Below, in pieces: positions 50,062 through 59,605 of a stretch of DNA of 64,000 nt. The position numbers and the translations under genes were made by a program. The stretch covers positions 68,372 through 132,371 of the forward strand of contig JAUIER010000007.1 in assembly GCA_030429765.1 (NCBI GenBank). Direction: 5' to 3'. Numbering within the stretch: the first letter of the stretch is position 1; each line of letters begins with the position of its first letter. The notes beneath the pieces were generated by a model that did not search any database, was not told the origin of the DNA, and saw only the letters and a list, made by a program, of their open reading frames with translations. Origin of the DNA: a bacterium (GTDB lineage Bacteria > Omnitrophota > Gorgyraeia > Zapsychrales > Zapsychraceae).

Positions 50062-52197
50062 TCACATATAAAGTTTTCGAAATTCCGCAATCCCCCGGCG
50101 GTCACCGATAATCGTCAACCGGTCACCGGCCTGCAAAATCTTTTCACCTTTGGGAACAATCGGCTTGCCGTCCCGATTGATAATGGCGATCAGCGACTCT
50201 TCCGGCATTTGCACGTCTTTGATACGCTGTTCAACAAGTTTGGCCGATTTACCTGACATCGACAGCCGTATCGTGACAAAACTTTCATCGCGCAACAACA
50301 CCTCCTTGAGGCGCTGATCATTCTCGGCCGACATCCATTCGTCCATAAAGCCGTCATCATCAACACGACCGGCGATCTTGGCGAGTATTCGCAAATGCTG
50401 CTGGGGATTTTCCTCGGGACTCACCAGAAAGAATATCGCCTTGATGTCTTCATCCGACGGCTTGTGCTGCCCCCAAAAATCTTTTCCCAGATCCGTCTTT
50501 AAGCCTTGCTTCGCGCGGACCAACAGCACCACCGGTTCAATCAAATGATGCAGACGCATATGCGGCAACGCGACACCGTGGGACACCGGCGTACCGCCGA
50601 CCTTGGTCCCGTCGAGAAATTCTTTTTCAATCTGCTCTTCGGGATGCGACAATGTCGCCGAAAGCATGAACGAGGCCTCGCGGATCACCTCATCAAACCC
50701 TACCTTCTCGGAAAGATCGATGGTCTGCGCCCGCGCGATGATTTCCTCGAACGGATCTTTTTCGCGCAATCCCTTCTCTTTGAGGATTCCACGCAGCTCG
50801 GTCTCCAGGCCTTCATGACGCCGTTTGCCTAGCCGTTCAAAGACGTGAAAGATCGCGCCGCCCCGTTCCACCTTGGGATAGGCATAATAGAAAAACCATA
50901 ATGCGCCGATCGCGATCAGTCCGCCGCTGAATAACGTCGGCATAATGCCCATTTCCACGATCAGCCAGAACGGTGATAAGATTCCCAGGATCGGCAGCCA
51001 CGGATACATCGGCGAACGAAATCCCGGATCATACGCCTCGATATGACTCTCGCGCATGATGATGACTGCCAGACAGCAAAACGCGAAGACCAGCAGCTGA
51101 AACGCGCTGGCCAATTTGGCAATCTTGAGCGGATTTAAGAACAGGATAATCGCGATGATACAAACGACTGTAAAGACCACACTGATCGTCGGAATACCCG
51201 AGCGATTGATACGGCGGAAAACCCGCGGGATCAAATGATCACGGCTCATCGCCAACGGATAGCGCGACGCGCTCATAATGCCGGCATTGGTCATCGATGA
51301 AAAGGCAAACACCGCGGCAATCGTCACACAAATCTTACCCCAGGCGCCGACCATTCGATCGGCGGCAATGGCCACGGGTGTCAGACTACTACCCAATTCT
51401 TTGACCGGCACCACACCAACCATCACATACGTCCCGACGATGTAAATAACCAGCGCCGTGGCAAACGCCAGCAGCATTCCCAGCGTCAAATTGCGTTCAG
51501 GGTCATGAACCTCTTCCGCCACGCTGGTGACCTTGGTGATCCCGGCGTAACTCACATACACCATCCCGGCGGTCGCCATAATTGACGTTCCACCGGCATC
51601 AAAAAAGTTCTGGAAATGATCCGTGTTGACATGAAACACGCCGGTTGAGATGAATCCACCCAGCAGCAACAAGATTCCAGCCACCATCAACACCTGGATA
51701 AACCCGGCCTCCTTGGCCCCGCGCATATTCACGACACCGAACAGGATCGCAAATCCCACGGCCAACGGGATCATCAAATCACCCGAAACAAAAAGATTGA
51801 GATACGCCCCCATACCAATCAGGGCAAATGCGGTTTTGAGAATGAGCGATAACCACGTCCCGAATCCGCCGATGGTACCGATCAACGGCCCCATACTGCG
51901 GTCGAGAAAATAATACGCGCCGCCCGATCGGGGCATGGCCGTGGCAAGTTCAATCATACAGAACATCGCGGGGATCAACGGAATCGCCGCGATGATATAG
52001 CTGAGTATCATCGCCGGACCGGCCTGCTTGGCCGCCAACCCGGGCAGTAAAAAAAATCCGGCACTCAAGGTTGTACCGGTCGCGATAGCATATACGTTTA
52101 AGAGCGAGAGTTCTTTTTTGAGTTTTTTAGAATCGGTTCGCTTATCCATGCTTCCCGGTCTGCGCGTTGACAGACAAACTATTTCATGATTTGACAA
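50062..52197 (-). CDS. APC-family amino-acid permease fused to PTS EIIA(Ntr)-type and TrkA_C domains
   Basis: 12-TM APC core; C-terminal GTPVSHGVALPHMRL (EIIA type 2 phospho-His region) and IINRDGKPIVPKGEKILQAGDRLTIIG (TrkA_C); start may be the internal Met at 52149. Confidence 0.65.
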   Translation of the reverse strand: MSNHEIVCLSTRRPGSMDKRTDSKKLKKELSLLNVYAIATGTTLSAGFFLLPGLAAKQAGPAMILSYIIAAIPLIPAMFCMIELATAMPRSGGAYYFLDRSMGPLIGTIGGFGTWLSLILKTAFALIGMGAYLNLFVSGDLMIPLAVGFAILFGVVNMRGAKEAGFIQVLMVAGILLLLGGFISTGVFHVNTDHFQNFFDAGGTSIMATAGMVYVSYAGITKVTSVAEEVHDPERNLTLGMLLAFATALVIYIVGTYVMVGVVPVKELGSSLTPVAIAADRMVGAWGKICVTIAAVFAFSSMTNAGIMSASRYPLAMSRDHLIPRVFRRINRSGIPTISVVFTVVCIIAIILFLNPLKIAKLASAFQLLVFAFCCLAVIIMRESHIEAYDPGFRSPMYPWLPILGILSPFWLIVEMGIMPTLFSGGLIAIGALWFFYYAYPKVERGGAIFHVFERLGKRRHEGLETELRGILKEKGLREKDPFEEIIARAQTIDLSEKVGFDEVIREASFMLSATLSHPEEQIEKEFLDGTKVGGTPVSHGVALPHMRLHHLIEPVVLLVRAKQGLKTDLGKDFWGQHKPSDEDIKAIFFLVSPEENPQQHLRILAKIAGRVDDDGFMDEWMSAENDQRLKEVLLRDESFVTIRLSMSGKSAKLVEQRIKDVQMPEESLIAIINRDGKPIVPKGEKILQAGDRLTIIGDRRGIAEFRKLYM

Positions 52198-52493
52198 ACA
52201 CTCAGCCCGCAGGCTATGAGACTCAAAAAGAACAACATGCCGGCCGGCATCATCTTACGTGTTTTGATCAGCCGGATCAGAAATGTCACCGTCAATATAC
52301 CGCTCATTGTCGCGATAATCGAATAGCCGCACACCGCGCTTTTGTTGGTCATCCCCACTCCGACGGCGATAACGATCCCGGACACCAGCCCCATTATGAG
52401 CGACATCCGGCTGCCGGCCTTTCGATAGCCCATGACACCGCCCGCGATCATCAAGACGGCATAAACACTGAATACAATCGGCCAGGTTCCCAT
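52179..52493 (-). CDS. TMEM14-family four-TM protein
   Basis: GGVMGYRKAGSRMSL and KMMPAG match human TMEM14C motifs GGIIGYVKTGSVPSL / KFMPAG. Confidence 0.5.
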   Translation of the reverse strand: MGTWPIVFSVYAVLMIAGGVMGYRKAGSRMSLIMGLVSGIVIAVGVGMTNKSAVCGYSIIATMSGILTVTFLIRLIKTRKMMPAGMLFFLSLIACGLSVCQIMK

Positions 52494-52496
52494 CGT

Positions 52497-53564
52497 CTAG
52501 ATCGTCTCCACTGATGAGCTGAGATCGTCCGTTTCGCGCTGATCCAGCTTTTCAAGCTTGGCATAAAATCCATTCATTTTGTCGGCAATAATCCCTTCAA
52601 CCGCCTGAACCGCGGCCTGTCGTTTGAGCCGGTTCGCCTCGACGACCGTCTCTAAATCATCAATATGATACAGGACTACATTCTCAAGCTGAGCAATTTT
52701 GGGATCAATATTTCGCGGCATCGAGATATCCATAAAGATCAGCTGACGGCCTTGCCGCAATTCCATCACGCGCTTGACCGTATCCGGATCCAAAATATAG
52801 TGCGGCGCGGATGACGAGCAGATACACAGATCCACCTCACCCAGCGTCTCCTTGATGTCGCAGAACGATACCACCTCGGCCTCAAACAATTCGGCCAACG
52901 CCTCGGCGTGCGCGATAGTCCGGTTCATGACGTAAAGTTTCTCAAAACCACGGTTGGAAATCTGCCCGACGGCGAGCTTGCTCATCTTGCCGGCGCCGAT
53001 CATCAGCACTTTTTTGTCTCCGAGCGATCCCAAATACTGTTCGGCCTTGGTGATCGCCGCCCAACTGACGGATGAACCGCCCGCCCCGATCTGCGTTTCG
53101 TTTTGCGCCTTTTTCCCGACACGGATCGCGACATTCGAGAGGATATTAAATCCCTGGACAAAGAATCCCCGGGTCTGCGCCTTTTCAAAGGCCGACTTCA
53201 ATTGTCCCAGGATCTGACGTTCGCCCAGGACCAATGAATCCAGTCCGGCGATCACGCGAAACAGGTGCTGTACCGCGTCTTGATTGGTATGTGTATAGAA
53301 ATAACCCATGAGGCCGCTGTTGTAGGCGATATCCCGGATCTGACAGATCAGCTGGACCAGCGATTCGGGCTCGTAAGCTGTATTGATCACATGGACATAG
53401 ACTTCGGTGCGGTTGCAGGTGGATATGACAAAGGCCTCGACCACGGCCGGGTCGGACTTGAGTTCGCTGAGCAGCAGGTCCTGCTGGGTCGAATTAAGAT
53501 AGAATTTTTCCCGAATGGAGATCGGGGCTGTTTTGTGATTGATTCCTACGTTGATAATCTGCAT
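52497..53564 (-). CDS. hemA: Glutamyl-tRNA reductase
   Basis: INHKTAPISIREKF...ISTCNRTEVY active-site Cys; NAD-binding GAGKMSKL. Confidence 0.9.
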   Translation of the reverse strand: MQIINVGINHKTAPISIREKFYLNSTQQDLLLSELKSDPAVVEAFVISTCNRTEVYVHVINTAYEPESLVQLICQIRDIAYNSGLMGYFYTHTNQDAVQHLFRVIAGLDSLVLGERQILGQLKSAFEKAQTRGFFVQGFNILSNVAIRVGKKAQNETQIGAGGSSVSWAAITKAEQYLGSLGDKKVLMIGAGKMSKLAVGQISNRGFEKLYVMNRTIAHAEALAELFEAEVVSFCDIKETLGEVDLCICSSSAPHYILDPDTVKRVMELRQGRQLIFMDISMPRNIDPKIAQLENVVLYHIDDLETVVEANRLKRQAAVQAVEGIIADKMNGFYAKLEKLDQRETDDLSSSVETI

Positions 53565-53656
53565 GAATATGTGTATGGATAATCGGTATGTCCGGGTTCA
53601 GTCGGAGTATATCAAAAAGGGCATACCGACGCAAATATTTTGTACTATTATTAGTC

Positions 53657-54700
53657 TTATAAGCTCATCGCGGCGTCCATCTGCCGCTCCAGCACCATTT
53701 TTTCCAGACATTCGATCCACAATGGATGGTCATTGAGGCTTTCCACGAGGTCCAGCGTCTCGCCGCCATGCTCCACAAAGAGCTCATGGTAGGTCTCACC
53801 GATCTCCACCGTGGTTTCCAGGCAATCCGCCACAAATGACGGCGAAAAGGCCAGAATCCGCTTCTTACCCTCCCCGGCCAGCCGCTCAATCTCGGCATCC
53901 GTGTACGGTTTGATCCACGGGTCCTTACCCAACCGGGATTGGAATGACACCGTATAATCCTTAGAATCAATGCCTAGCGCATCTGCCAAAACCCTTGTGG
54001 TCTGATAACACTGGGCCCGGTAACAATAGCGATTTTTGTCGTGAAACACCGAACAGCATTTGTCTGACAGCTGACAGTAACCGCTGGCCGATGATTTACG
54101 GATCTGCCGCTCCGGCAGACCGTGATAGGTAAACAGATAGTGATCATACGATCCCTGATCCATATACTTTTGACCGATGACTTTAAAGGCCTCAATAAAC
54201 GGCGGATAATCCGGGAACTGACTGACCATATCCAGCCTTGGAAAGGTTTGCCAGGCCTTGACCTCCTCCATGACTTTCTCAATGGTCGACCCCGTCGACG
54301 CGGACGCGTACTGCGGGTACAATGGAACCACGATCAAATCTTTAAGCCCGAGGCCATGAAATTCTTTGAGCGCGTCCCGGATACTGGGTGATTGATAGCG
54401 CATTCCCAACACCACTTTGAATCCGTCACCCAATTTCTGCTGAAGGAGCTCCGTAATACGCTGGCCATGCAGCAGCAACGGTGAACCTTTCTCGGTCCAC
54501 AACTTTTTGTATTCTTCCGACGAACTGCGCGAGCGAAACGGCGCGATGATCAGATTGATCAGCAAAAATCGCTGCCAATACGGGATATCGATGACGCGCC
54601 CGTCCATCAGGAATTCACGCAGATACTTGCGGACATCCGGGACATTCGGACTGTCCGGCGTTCCGAGATTAATGAGAAATACACCTGTGTGTGGTTTCAT
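53657..54700 (-). CDS. hemH: Ferrochelatase
   Basis: GVFLINLGTPDSP N-terminus; size and conserved core. Confidence 0.9.
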   Translation of the reverse strand: MKPHTGVFLINLGTPDSPNVPDVRKYLREFLMDGRVIDIPYWQRFLLINLIIAPFRSRSSSEEYKKLWTEKGSPLLLHGQRITELLQQKLGDGFKVVLGMRYQSPSIRDALKEFHGLGLKDLIVVPLYPQYASASTGSTIEKVMEEVKAWQTFPRLDMVSQFPDYPPFIEAFKVIGQKYMDQGSYDHYLFTYHGLPERQIRKSSASGYCQLSDKCCSVFHDKNRYCYRAQCYQTTRVLADALGIDSKDYTVSFQSRLGKDPWIKPYTDAEIERLAGEGKKRILAFSPSFVADCLETTVEIGETYHELFVEHGGETLDLVESLNDHPLWIECLEKMVLERQMDAAMSL

Positions 54701-54718
54701 AACGATTATTTTGCTGGG

Positions 54719-55765
54719 TTATGATTTGAGTTTGGCGACGAATTCGGCGATCTTGAGGACCAGTTGCTGCGTGTCCCCCCATCCCAGACATGGGTCGGTG
54801 ATCGATTTACCGTAAATCCCGCCGTCGACCGGCTGATTGCCTTCTTCCAGATAGCTCTCTATCATGAATCCCTTGACCATCTTGTTGAGCATATCGGAGC
54901 GTTCCATGCTCTGCAGGACTTCCATCGCCACACGCGGCTGCTCGCTGAAAATTTTGCCGCAATTGGCATGACTGACATCGACGATGATCGCCGGATTTTT
55001 AAAGTTCTTGGCGAGGTACATCTCGGTAAATTTGGTGATGTCCTCGTAGTGAAAATTTGGGATGTTCTGTCCGAACTGATTAAACGCCCCGCGCAGAATA
55101 CTGTGCGCGTATGGATTGCCGGACGTCTTGGCCTCCCAGCCTTTGTAGATAAATGTATGCGGTGCCTGGGCGGCCTGAATGGAATTCAACAGGACATTCA
55201 GGTCCCCGCTCGTCGGGTTTTTGAGTCCGATCGGGATATCCAGTCCGCTGACCGTCAGCCGGTGCTGCTGATTCTCGACGGAGCGCGCGCCGATCGCGAC
55301 ATACGTCAGCAAATCTTCGAGATAGGGATAGTTTTCCGGGTACAGCATTTCATCCGCGGCGGACAGATGCGATTCCTTAAGTACCCGAATATGCATGCGG
55401 CGGATCGCCTTGAGCCCGTCGACAATATGCGGCTCACCCTGCGGATTGGGCTGATGCGCCATGCCCTTGTATCCTTCACCGGTGGTGCGCGGTTTGTTGG
55501 TGTACACCCGTGGGATCAGTAACAGCTGGTCCTTGACCTGATCATTGAGCTTGGCCAGCCGTTGGATATATTCACAAACGGCGTCCTCGTTGTCCGCCGA
55601 ACACGGCCCGATCACCAGGATAAATTTTTGACTGGCCCCGGTAAAGACATCGATCACCTGCTGATCGCGGCGTTCCTTGATGATCTTTAAATCGTCGCTC
55701 AGCGGCATCTCGCCGAGAATTTCGTCAACGGTCGGTATTTTTCGGATGTACTCAAAACTCATCAT
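54719..55765 (-). CDS. aroG: 3-deoxy-7-phosphoheptulonate (DAHP) synthase, class I
   Basis: VIGPCS, KPRTT, IVDVSHANC, KSITDPCLGW align with E. coli AroG. Confidence 0.85.
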   Translation of the reverse strand: MMSFEYIRKIPTVDEILGEMPLSDDLKIIKERRDQQVIDVFTGASQKFILVIGPCSADNEDAVCEYIQRLAKLNDQVKDQLLLIPRVYTNKPRTTGEGYKGMAHQPNPQGEPHIVDGLKAIRRMHIRVLKESHLSAADEMLYPENYPYLEDLLTYVAIGARSVENQQHRLTVSGLDIPIGLKNPTSGDLNVLLNSIQAAQAPHTFIYKGWEAKTSGNPYAHSILRGAFNQFGQNIPNFHYEDITKFTEMYLAKNFKNPAIIVDVSHANCGKIFSEQPRVAMEVLQSMERSDMLNKMVKGFMIESYLEEGNQPVDGGIYGKSITDPCLGWGDTQQLVLKIAEFVAKLKS

Positions 55766-55950
55766 TCGCTCCTAACTATCTGACTATTAAATCTTTAGAT
55801 CGCCCGGTCCCGGGTGAAATTCCCGAGATTATACCATCAAAGCCAAGATACGGCAATCGCAAAATCCTATGGATCAATCACCCCGATGAGACTGATACGA
55901 AAGACATTTTAACGAAAAAATATAAACTAGATATACGTTCATATGTGCTG

Positions 55951-55979
55951 TTGAAATTTATACCAATCGTAATTATACT
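55951..55979 (+). promoter_or_regulatory. Near-consensus sigma70 promoter (TTGAAA-17 nt-TATACT) with no downstream CDS
   Basis: Read from sequence; spacer counted as 17 nt. Confidence 0.4.
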
Positions 55980-55985
55980 TAAAGT

Positions 55986-56050
55986 AACTTCGTTAGAGAA
56001 AGATTGAGTTACAGGATCAAGGCCAAGTGATTTTTGCTTGGCCTTTTTTC
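55986..56050 (+). ncRNA. Candidate about 65-nt sRNA: 5' stem-loop (GTAACT...AGTTAC) plus intrinsic terminator
   Basis: Promoter 7 nt upstream; terminator GGCCAAG tgatttttg CTTGGCC TTTTTT at 56021..56049; no ORF. Confidence 0.3.
56021..56049 (+). terminator. Rho-independent terminator hairpin with U6 tract
   Basis: 7-bp GC-rich stem, 9-nt loop, TTTTTT. Confidence 0.55.
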
Positions 56051-56081
56051 ATGGCCAAATCTGAAGAGAAATTTACCGAAG

Positions 56082-56510
56082 CTAATCTACCTCCTTCATA
56101 TTTAGCCGATCAGTCAAAGATGAATACGGAGAGCGCGTAACATCAACCTTGCAAACAACTTGATTCCATTTAGAGTGACCTACATCATAATTTACGACAA
56201 TCGAACCGAATTCTCCGAAATTTATATTGATTGTGTCGTTGCGAAACATATGATTAGGCACATATGTAACATAGCTTACATTCCATTTGTCACATTGTTT
56301 ATGCAGTGTGGCGAGGATCAAGTCGTGGGTTTCATACCCCGGGAGAATAATCTGTCGAGTAACTTCGCGCCCGCCCTTAAATCGAATATATTCCAATTCC
56401 CCAATTTCTACACTCGACAATTCGTCATGATAATTCCGTACAGCACAATACAATGCGATCGTTGCCAAAATGCATACGGAGAGAATCAATGAATAACAAA
56501 CCTTCCTCAT
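56082..56510 (-). CDS. Secreted hypothetical protein (low-GC ORFan)
   Basis: Signal peptide MRKVCYSLILSVCILATIALYCAV; about 40% GC; AT-rich flanks. Confidence 0.3.
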   Translation of the reverse strand: MRKVCYSLILSVCILATIALYCAVRNYHDELSSVEIGELEYIRFKGGREVTRQIILPGYETHDLILATLHKQCDKWNVSYVTYVPNHMFRNDTININFGEFGSIVVNYDVGHSKWNQVVCKVDVTRSPYSSLTDRLNMKEVD

Positions 56511-56672
56511 TTAATTTTATTCCGTTCCTGCTATAAAATACTATCTTAGAAAATCAATTACTTTGCGGTTATCTATTGCCACACATTGCGAATAGTGCCC
56601 CTATTGTACCCGCCGACTACCACATAAAGTAGGATCCATGCCGTACTCTTAATAGCAGGTCACCAGATACTG

Positions 56673-56945
56673 TCAAAAATACCACCACAGCAACAGAGTG
56701 CCGTAAATTATGGCCAGGGATATTGCGAACATCGGCCAGGTTGTTTCATCGATGTAGTTTTCCGAAACGCGATTGACCGGGCCTTTAGCGAGTAAACCCA
56801 CCACGACCATCAAGACAGGCGGTACAAAGAAAATAATCGTAAGCCCCAGGGCCACCGAAACAAACCACCCACCACAGATTCCAATCACAACGGATAAGGC
56901 CTGAAATGCCGAACGGGTATTACGTACATATCTATTTTTAGACAT
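56673..56945 (-). CDS. Small two/three-TM membrane protein
   Basis: Last gene of the resB...GDPD operon; hydrophobic. Confidence 0.35.
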   Translation of the reverse strand: MSKNRYVRNTRSAFQALSVVIGICGGWFVSVALGLTIIFFVPPVLMVVVGLLAKGPVNRVSENYIDETTWPMFAISLAIIYGTLLLWWYF

Positions 56946-56986
56946 CGAAACCTCCCGTAAAATAATTAGCTGATCTAACGCGGCTG

Positions 56987-57676
56987 TCACAACCGATCCG
57001 GAAAATCTGAAAAGATGCCGTCGACGCCGTAGTCCTTGAGACGTTTGATGTCTTCCAGCCGGTTGACGGTCCAGACGTAGACCTTCATGCCGGCCTTCTT
57101 CGCCTGTTCGATAATACGTGGATTGGCCAGATGCGCATTCAGATGCACGGAATGCGCACCGATCTTTCGGGCAAAATCCACAAAACCGAACGGCCGATAG
57201 GCCAACAGCGCGCCGATGCGGATATTGGGATCGATCTTTGCTAATTTTTTCAGTTTATGACGGGTAAAGGCCGAGACAATAAAGTGCTCATACGTCCAGC
57301 CGTGTTCTTTGATGTAGTGCCGGATGACCTTGGCGACCGGTCCGATGGTAAACTTGCCCTTGATCTCAATATTCACATTCGCGCGTTTGTCGACGAGGTC
57401 CAATACTTCGGTCAATAAAGGGATCCGCTGTCCGCCGCCGGCATCCAGGCTTTTGAGATACTCCAGAGATTTCTGCCGCACATAACCATGTCCATTGGTA
57501 GTGCGTTCGAGCTTGGCATCATGGATCACCACCACCTCACCGGTCAGGCAGGTATGCACATCGACCTCGATCATATCAACGCCCATGTCCAGGGCCGTCT
57601 GGATCGATAGCAATGTATTTTCCGGCGCGTGTCCCTTGGCGCCGCGGTGTCCGATTTTAAAGAAGGGTATGTTCAC
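56987..57676 (-). CDS. Glycerophosphodiester phosphodiesterase
   Basis: FKIGHRGAKGHAPENTLLSIQTALDMGVDMIEVDVH catalytic His/Glu/Asp motif. Confidence 0.85.
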   Translation of the reverse strand: MNIPFFKIGHRGAKGHAPENTLLSIQTALDMGVDMIEVDVHTCLTGEVVVIHDAKLERTTNGHGYVRQKSLEYLKSLDAGGGQRIPLLTEVLDLVDKRANVNIEIKGKFTIGPVAKVIRHYIKEHGWTYEHFIVSAFTRHKLKKLAKIDPNIRIGALLAYRPFGFVDFARKIGAHSVHLNAHLANPRIIEQAKKAGMKVYVWTVNRLEDIKRLKDYGVDGIFSDFPDRL

Positions 57677-58167
57677 GGGGTGGCAGGTTCAGTGGCGGTC
57701 TCGACGACTTCAGCCGGATGACCTTTCATCATCCATTCATACATCCCGCCGTTGTAATCATACACGTTTTTATAACCGATGCTCATCAATTTAGTCGCGG
57801 CGTAGTGGCTCATCTTGCACTTGCTGCTGGCGCAGTAAACAATGACCACCTCATCTTTATTGGGTAGGAGCGCCTGAATATCTTCGTAATTGGCGTAGGC
57901 GACAAACAACGACTTCGCCCCCTTGATATGTCCCCGGTTGTAACTGGATTCAGGCCGGACATCGACGAGTGTGTGTTTGAGTTTCTGATCGGTCCGGATC
58001 TTCATAAATTCATCATACGTCAGAGATTCCACCTTAAATTCCGGCGTGCCCGGCTCTTCTTCGGAACAACCGATATCGACGTCACAATCCTCCTCGGCCA
58101 ACACCGCCGATGTAAATGAAAGCACTATCATCGGCATCACCAATAGCCACAAATATTTTTTCATCAT
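57673..58167 (-). CDS. Secreted rhodanese-domain sulfurtransferase
   Basis: Signal peptide; DVRPESSYNRGHIKGA...VYCASSKCKMS active-site loop. Confidence 0.7.
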   Translation of the reverse strand: MMKKYLWLLVMPMIVLSFTSAVLAEEDCDVDIGCSEEEPGTPEFKVESLTYDEFMKIRTDQKLKHTLVDVRPESSYNRGHIKGAKSLFVAYANYEDIQALLPNKDEVVIVYCASSKCKMSHYAATKLMSIGYKNVYDYNGGMYEWMMKGHPAEVVETATEPATP

Positions 58168-58410
58168 CTATCCTCCGGCGACCGGTGGTATGAAGACAAC
58201 TTCATCACCGTCCGCGATTGCTGAGTCCCATGGAACAAATGCATTATTCACCGACACGCGCATCAGACGCGTAGTCATCTTAAAGCCGTGTTGCTGTTTT
58301 AATGCCTCGTACAATTCTTCGGCCGTCCCGGCTTGTGTTTCAACAACTTCCTGATCGAGCCCGCGCTCCTCTTTGAGCACCGCGAAATATTTGATTATAA
58401 TTTTTTTCAT
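58168..58410 (-). CDS. moaD: MoaD/ThiS-family sulfur carrier protein
   Basis: 80 aa ending ...VVFIPPVAGG. Confidence 0.6.
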   Translation of the reverse strand: MKKIIIKYFAVLKEERGLDQEVVETQAGTAEELYEALKQQHGFKMTTRLMRVSVNNAFVPWDSAIADGDEVVFIPPVAGG

Positions 58411-58411
58411 A

Positions 58412-59605
58412 CTACCACCTATACAACCGCACGCGCGTGCCTTTCAATGTTTGTTGACCTCCCGTCAGTTCGACAAAACCGTCCGTGTTGGCCATCGAGG
58501 CAAAATCGCCGGAACCGCCGGTCGCACATGGTTTGGCCGACAGTTCTTCATCAGATGCATGCCGCAATTGCACCGGACAAAAATACGTGAATTTGGTCGA
58601 CGGCGTGTAGTCTTCTGAGAGACGCACAAACTCTTCAATCACCTGTTCACCCGCAGCCCGTCGCAGATTGGGGATCACGTGCCGATATAGGCCCACCTGC
58701 GTCGAAACCGGATTGCCGGGCAAGGCAAACACCGGCGTACCGTTATCGCGTTGACCAAACCAAAATGGCTTCCCGGGCTTTTGACTGACCTTGTGAAACA
58801 GAGCCTTTACCCCTAGTTCATCCAATACCTGCGGAATCAAATCAAACTTTCCCATCGAGACACCGCCGGTCAGGATCACGACGTCGTAATTTTCCAGGAT
58901 CGCGCCGATCTGTTTACGTAGCACTTTTAGGTCATCGCGAAAGTGATACAGGTCCGCGTCATACATCAGGACCTTCCGTAATGCCGCTTGCATAAAATAG
59001 GAATTCGACCGGCGGATTTGATACGGCTCAATCGGCGCGTCGATATCGACCAGTTCATCACCATTCGAAATCAGGGCGATGCGCGGACGCTGGCTTACCA
59101 TCAGCTCCGCCTTACCGATAGCAGCCGCCGTGGCCACTTGAACCGGCCCTAGTGTTGAACCTTTGGTCACCAACACCCTGCCCTGTTTGTGATCCGCTCC
59201 CTGCGGCCGAATGTGCTGCATCTCGGATAATTCCAATCCATCCTCGACCTGGGCCTTGCCGTCGCTAATCTGAACACGCTCAATGGGGATCACGCAATCA
59301 CATCCCTCGGGGACAACCGCCCCGGTCATGATCTCAAAGCAGGCATGATCAAAACACAATGTCTGTTGCGGTTTTCCTGCCGACTGAATCCCCTCGATGG
59401 GAAATCTCCGTGTCCCCTTCTGATAAGCGGCCGCAACAATGGCGATTCCGTCCATCATCGACTTATGAAACGGCGGCAGATCGCGATCCGCCACAAGATC
59501 TTCCTGCAGGACACAGCCATATGACTTGGTCAACGACTGAGTGACCACAGGAAACGCGGTCATGGCATCCCGAATGATTTGATCGGCCTCGGCAACAGAA
59601 ATCAT
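58412..59605 (-). CDS. moeA: Molybdopterin molybdotransferase
   Basis: MoeA N-domain and GGVSMGKFD gephyrin-G-like motif. Confidence 0.85.
   Translation of the reverse strand: MISVAEADQIIRDAMTAFPVVTQSLTKSYGCVLQEDLVADRDLPPFHKSMMDGIAIVAAAYQKGTRRFPIEGIQSAGKPQQTLCFDHACFEIMTGAVVPEGCDCVIPIERVQISDGKAQVEDGLELSEMQHIRPQGADHKQGRVLVTKGSTLGPVQVATAAAIGKAELMVSQRPRIALISNGDELVDIDAPIEPYQIRRSNSYFMQAALRKVLMYDADLYHFRDDLKVLRKQIGAILENYDVVILTGGVSMGKFDLIPQVLDELGVKALFHKVSQKPGKPFWFGQRDNGTPVFALPGNPVSTQVGLYRHVIPNLRRAAGEQVIEEFVRLSEDYTPSTKFTYFCPVQLRHASDEELSAKPCATGGSGDFASMANTDGFVELTGGQQTLKGTRVRLYRW

Noticed and set aside
54764-55522. 252-aa plus-strand ORF
   Set aside because: Antisense to aroG.
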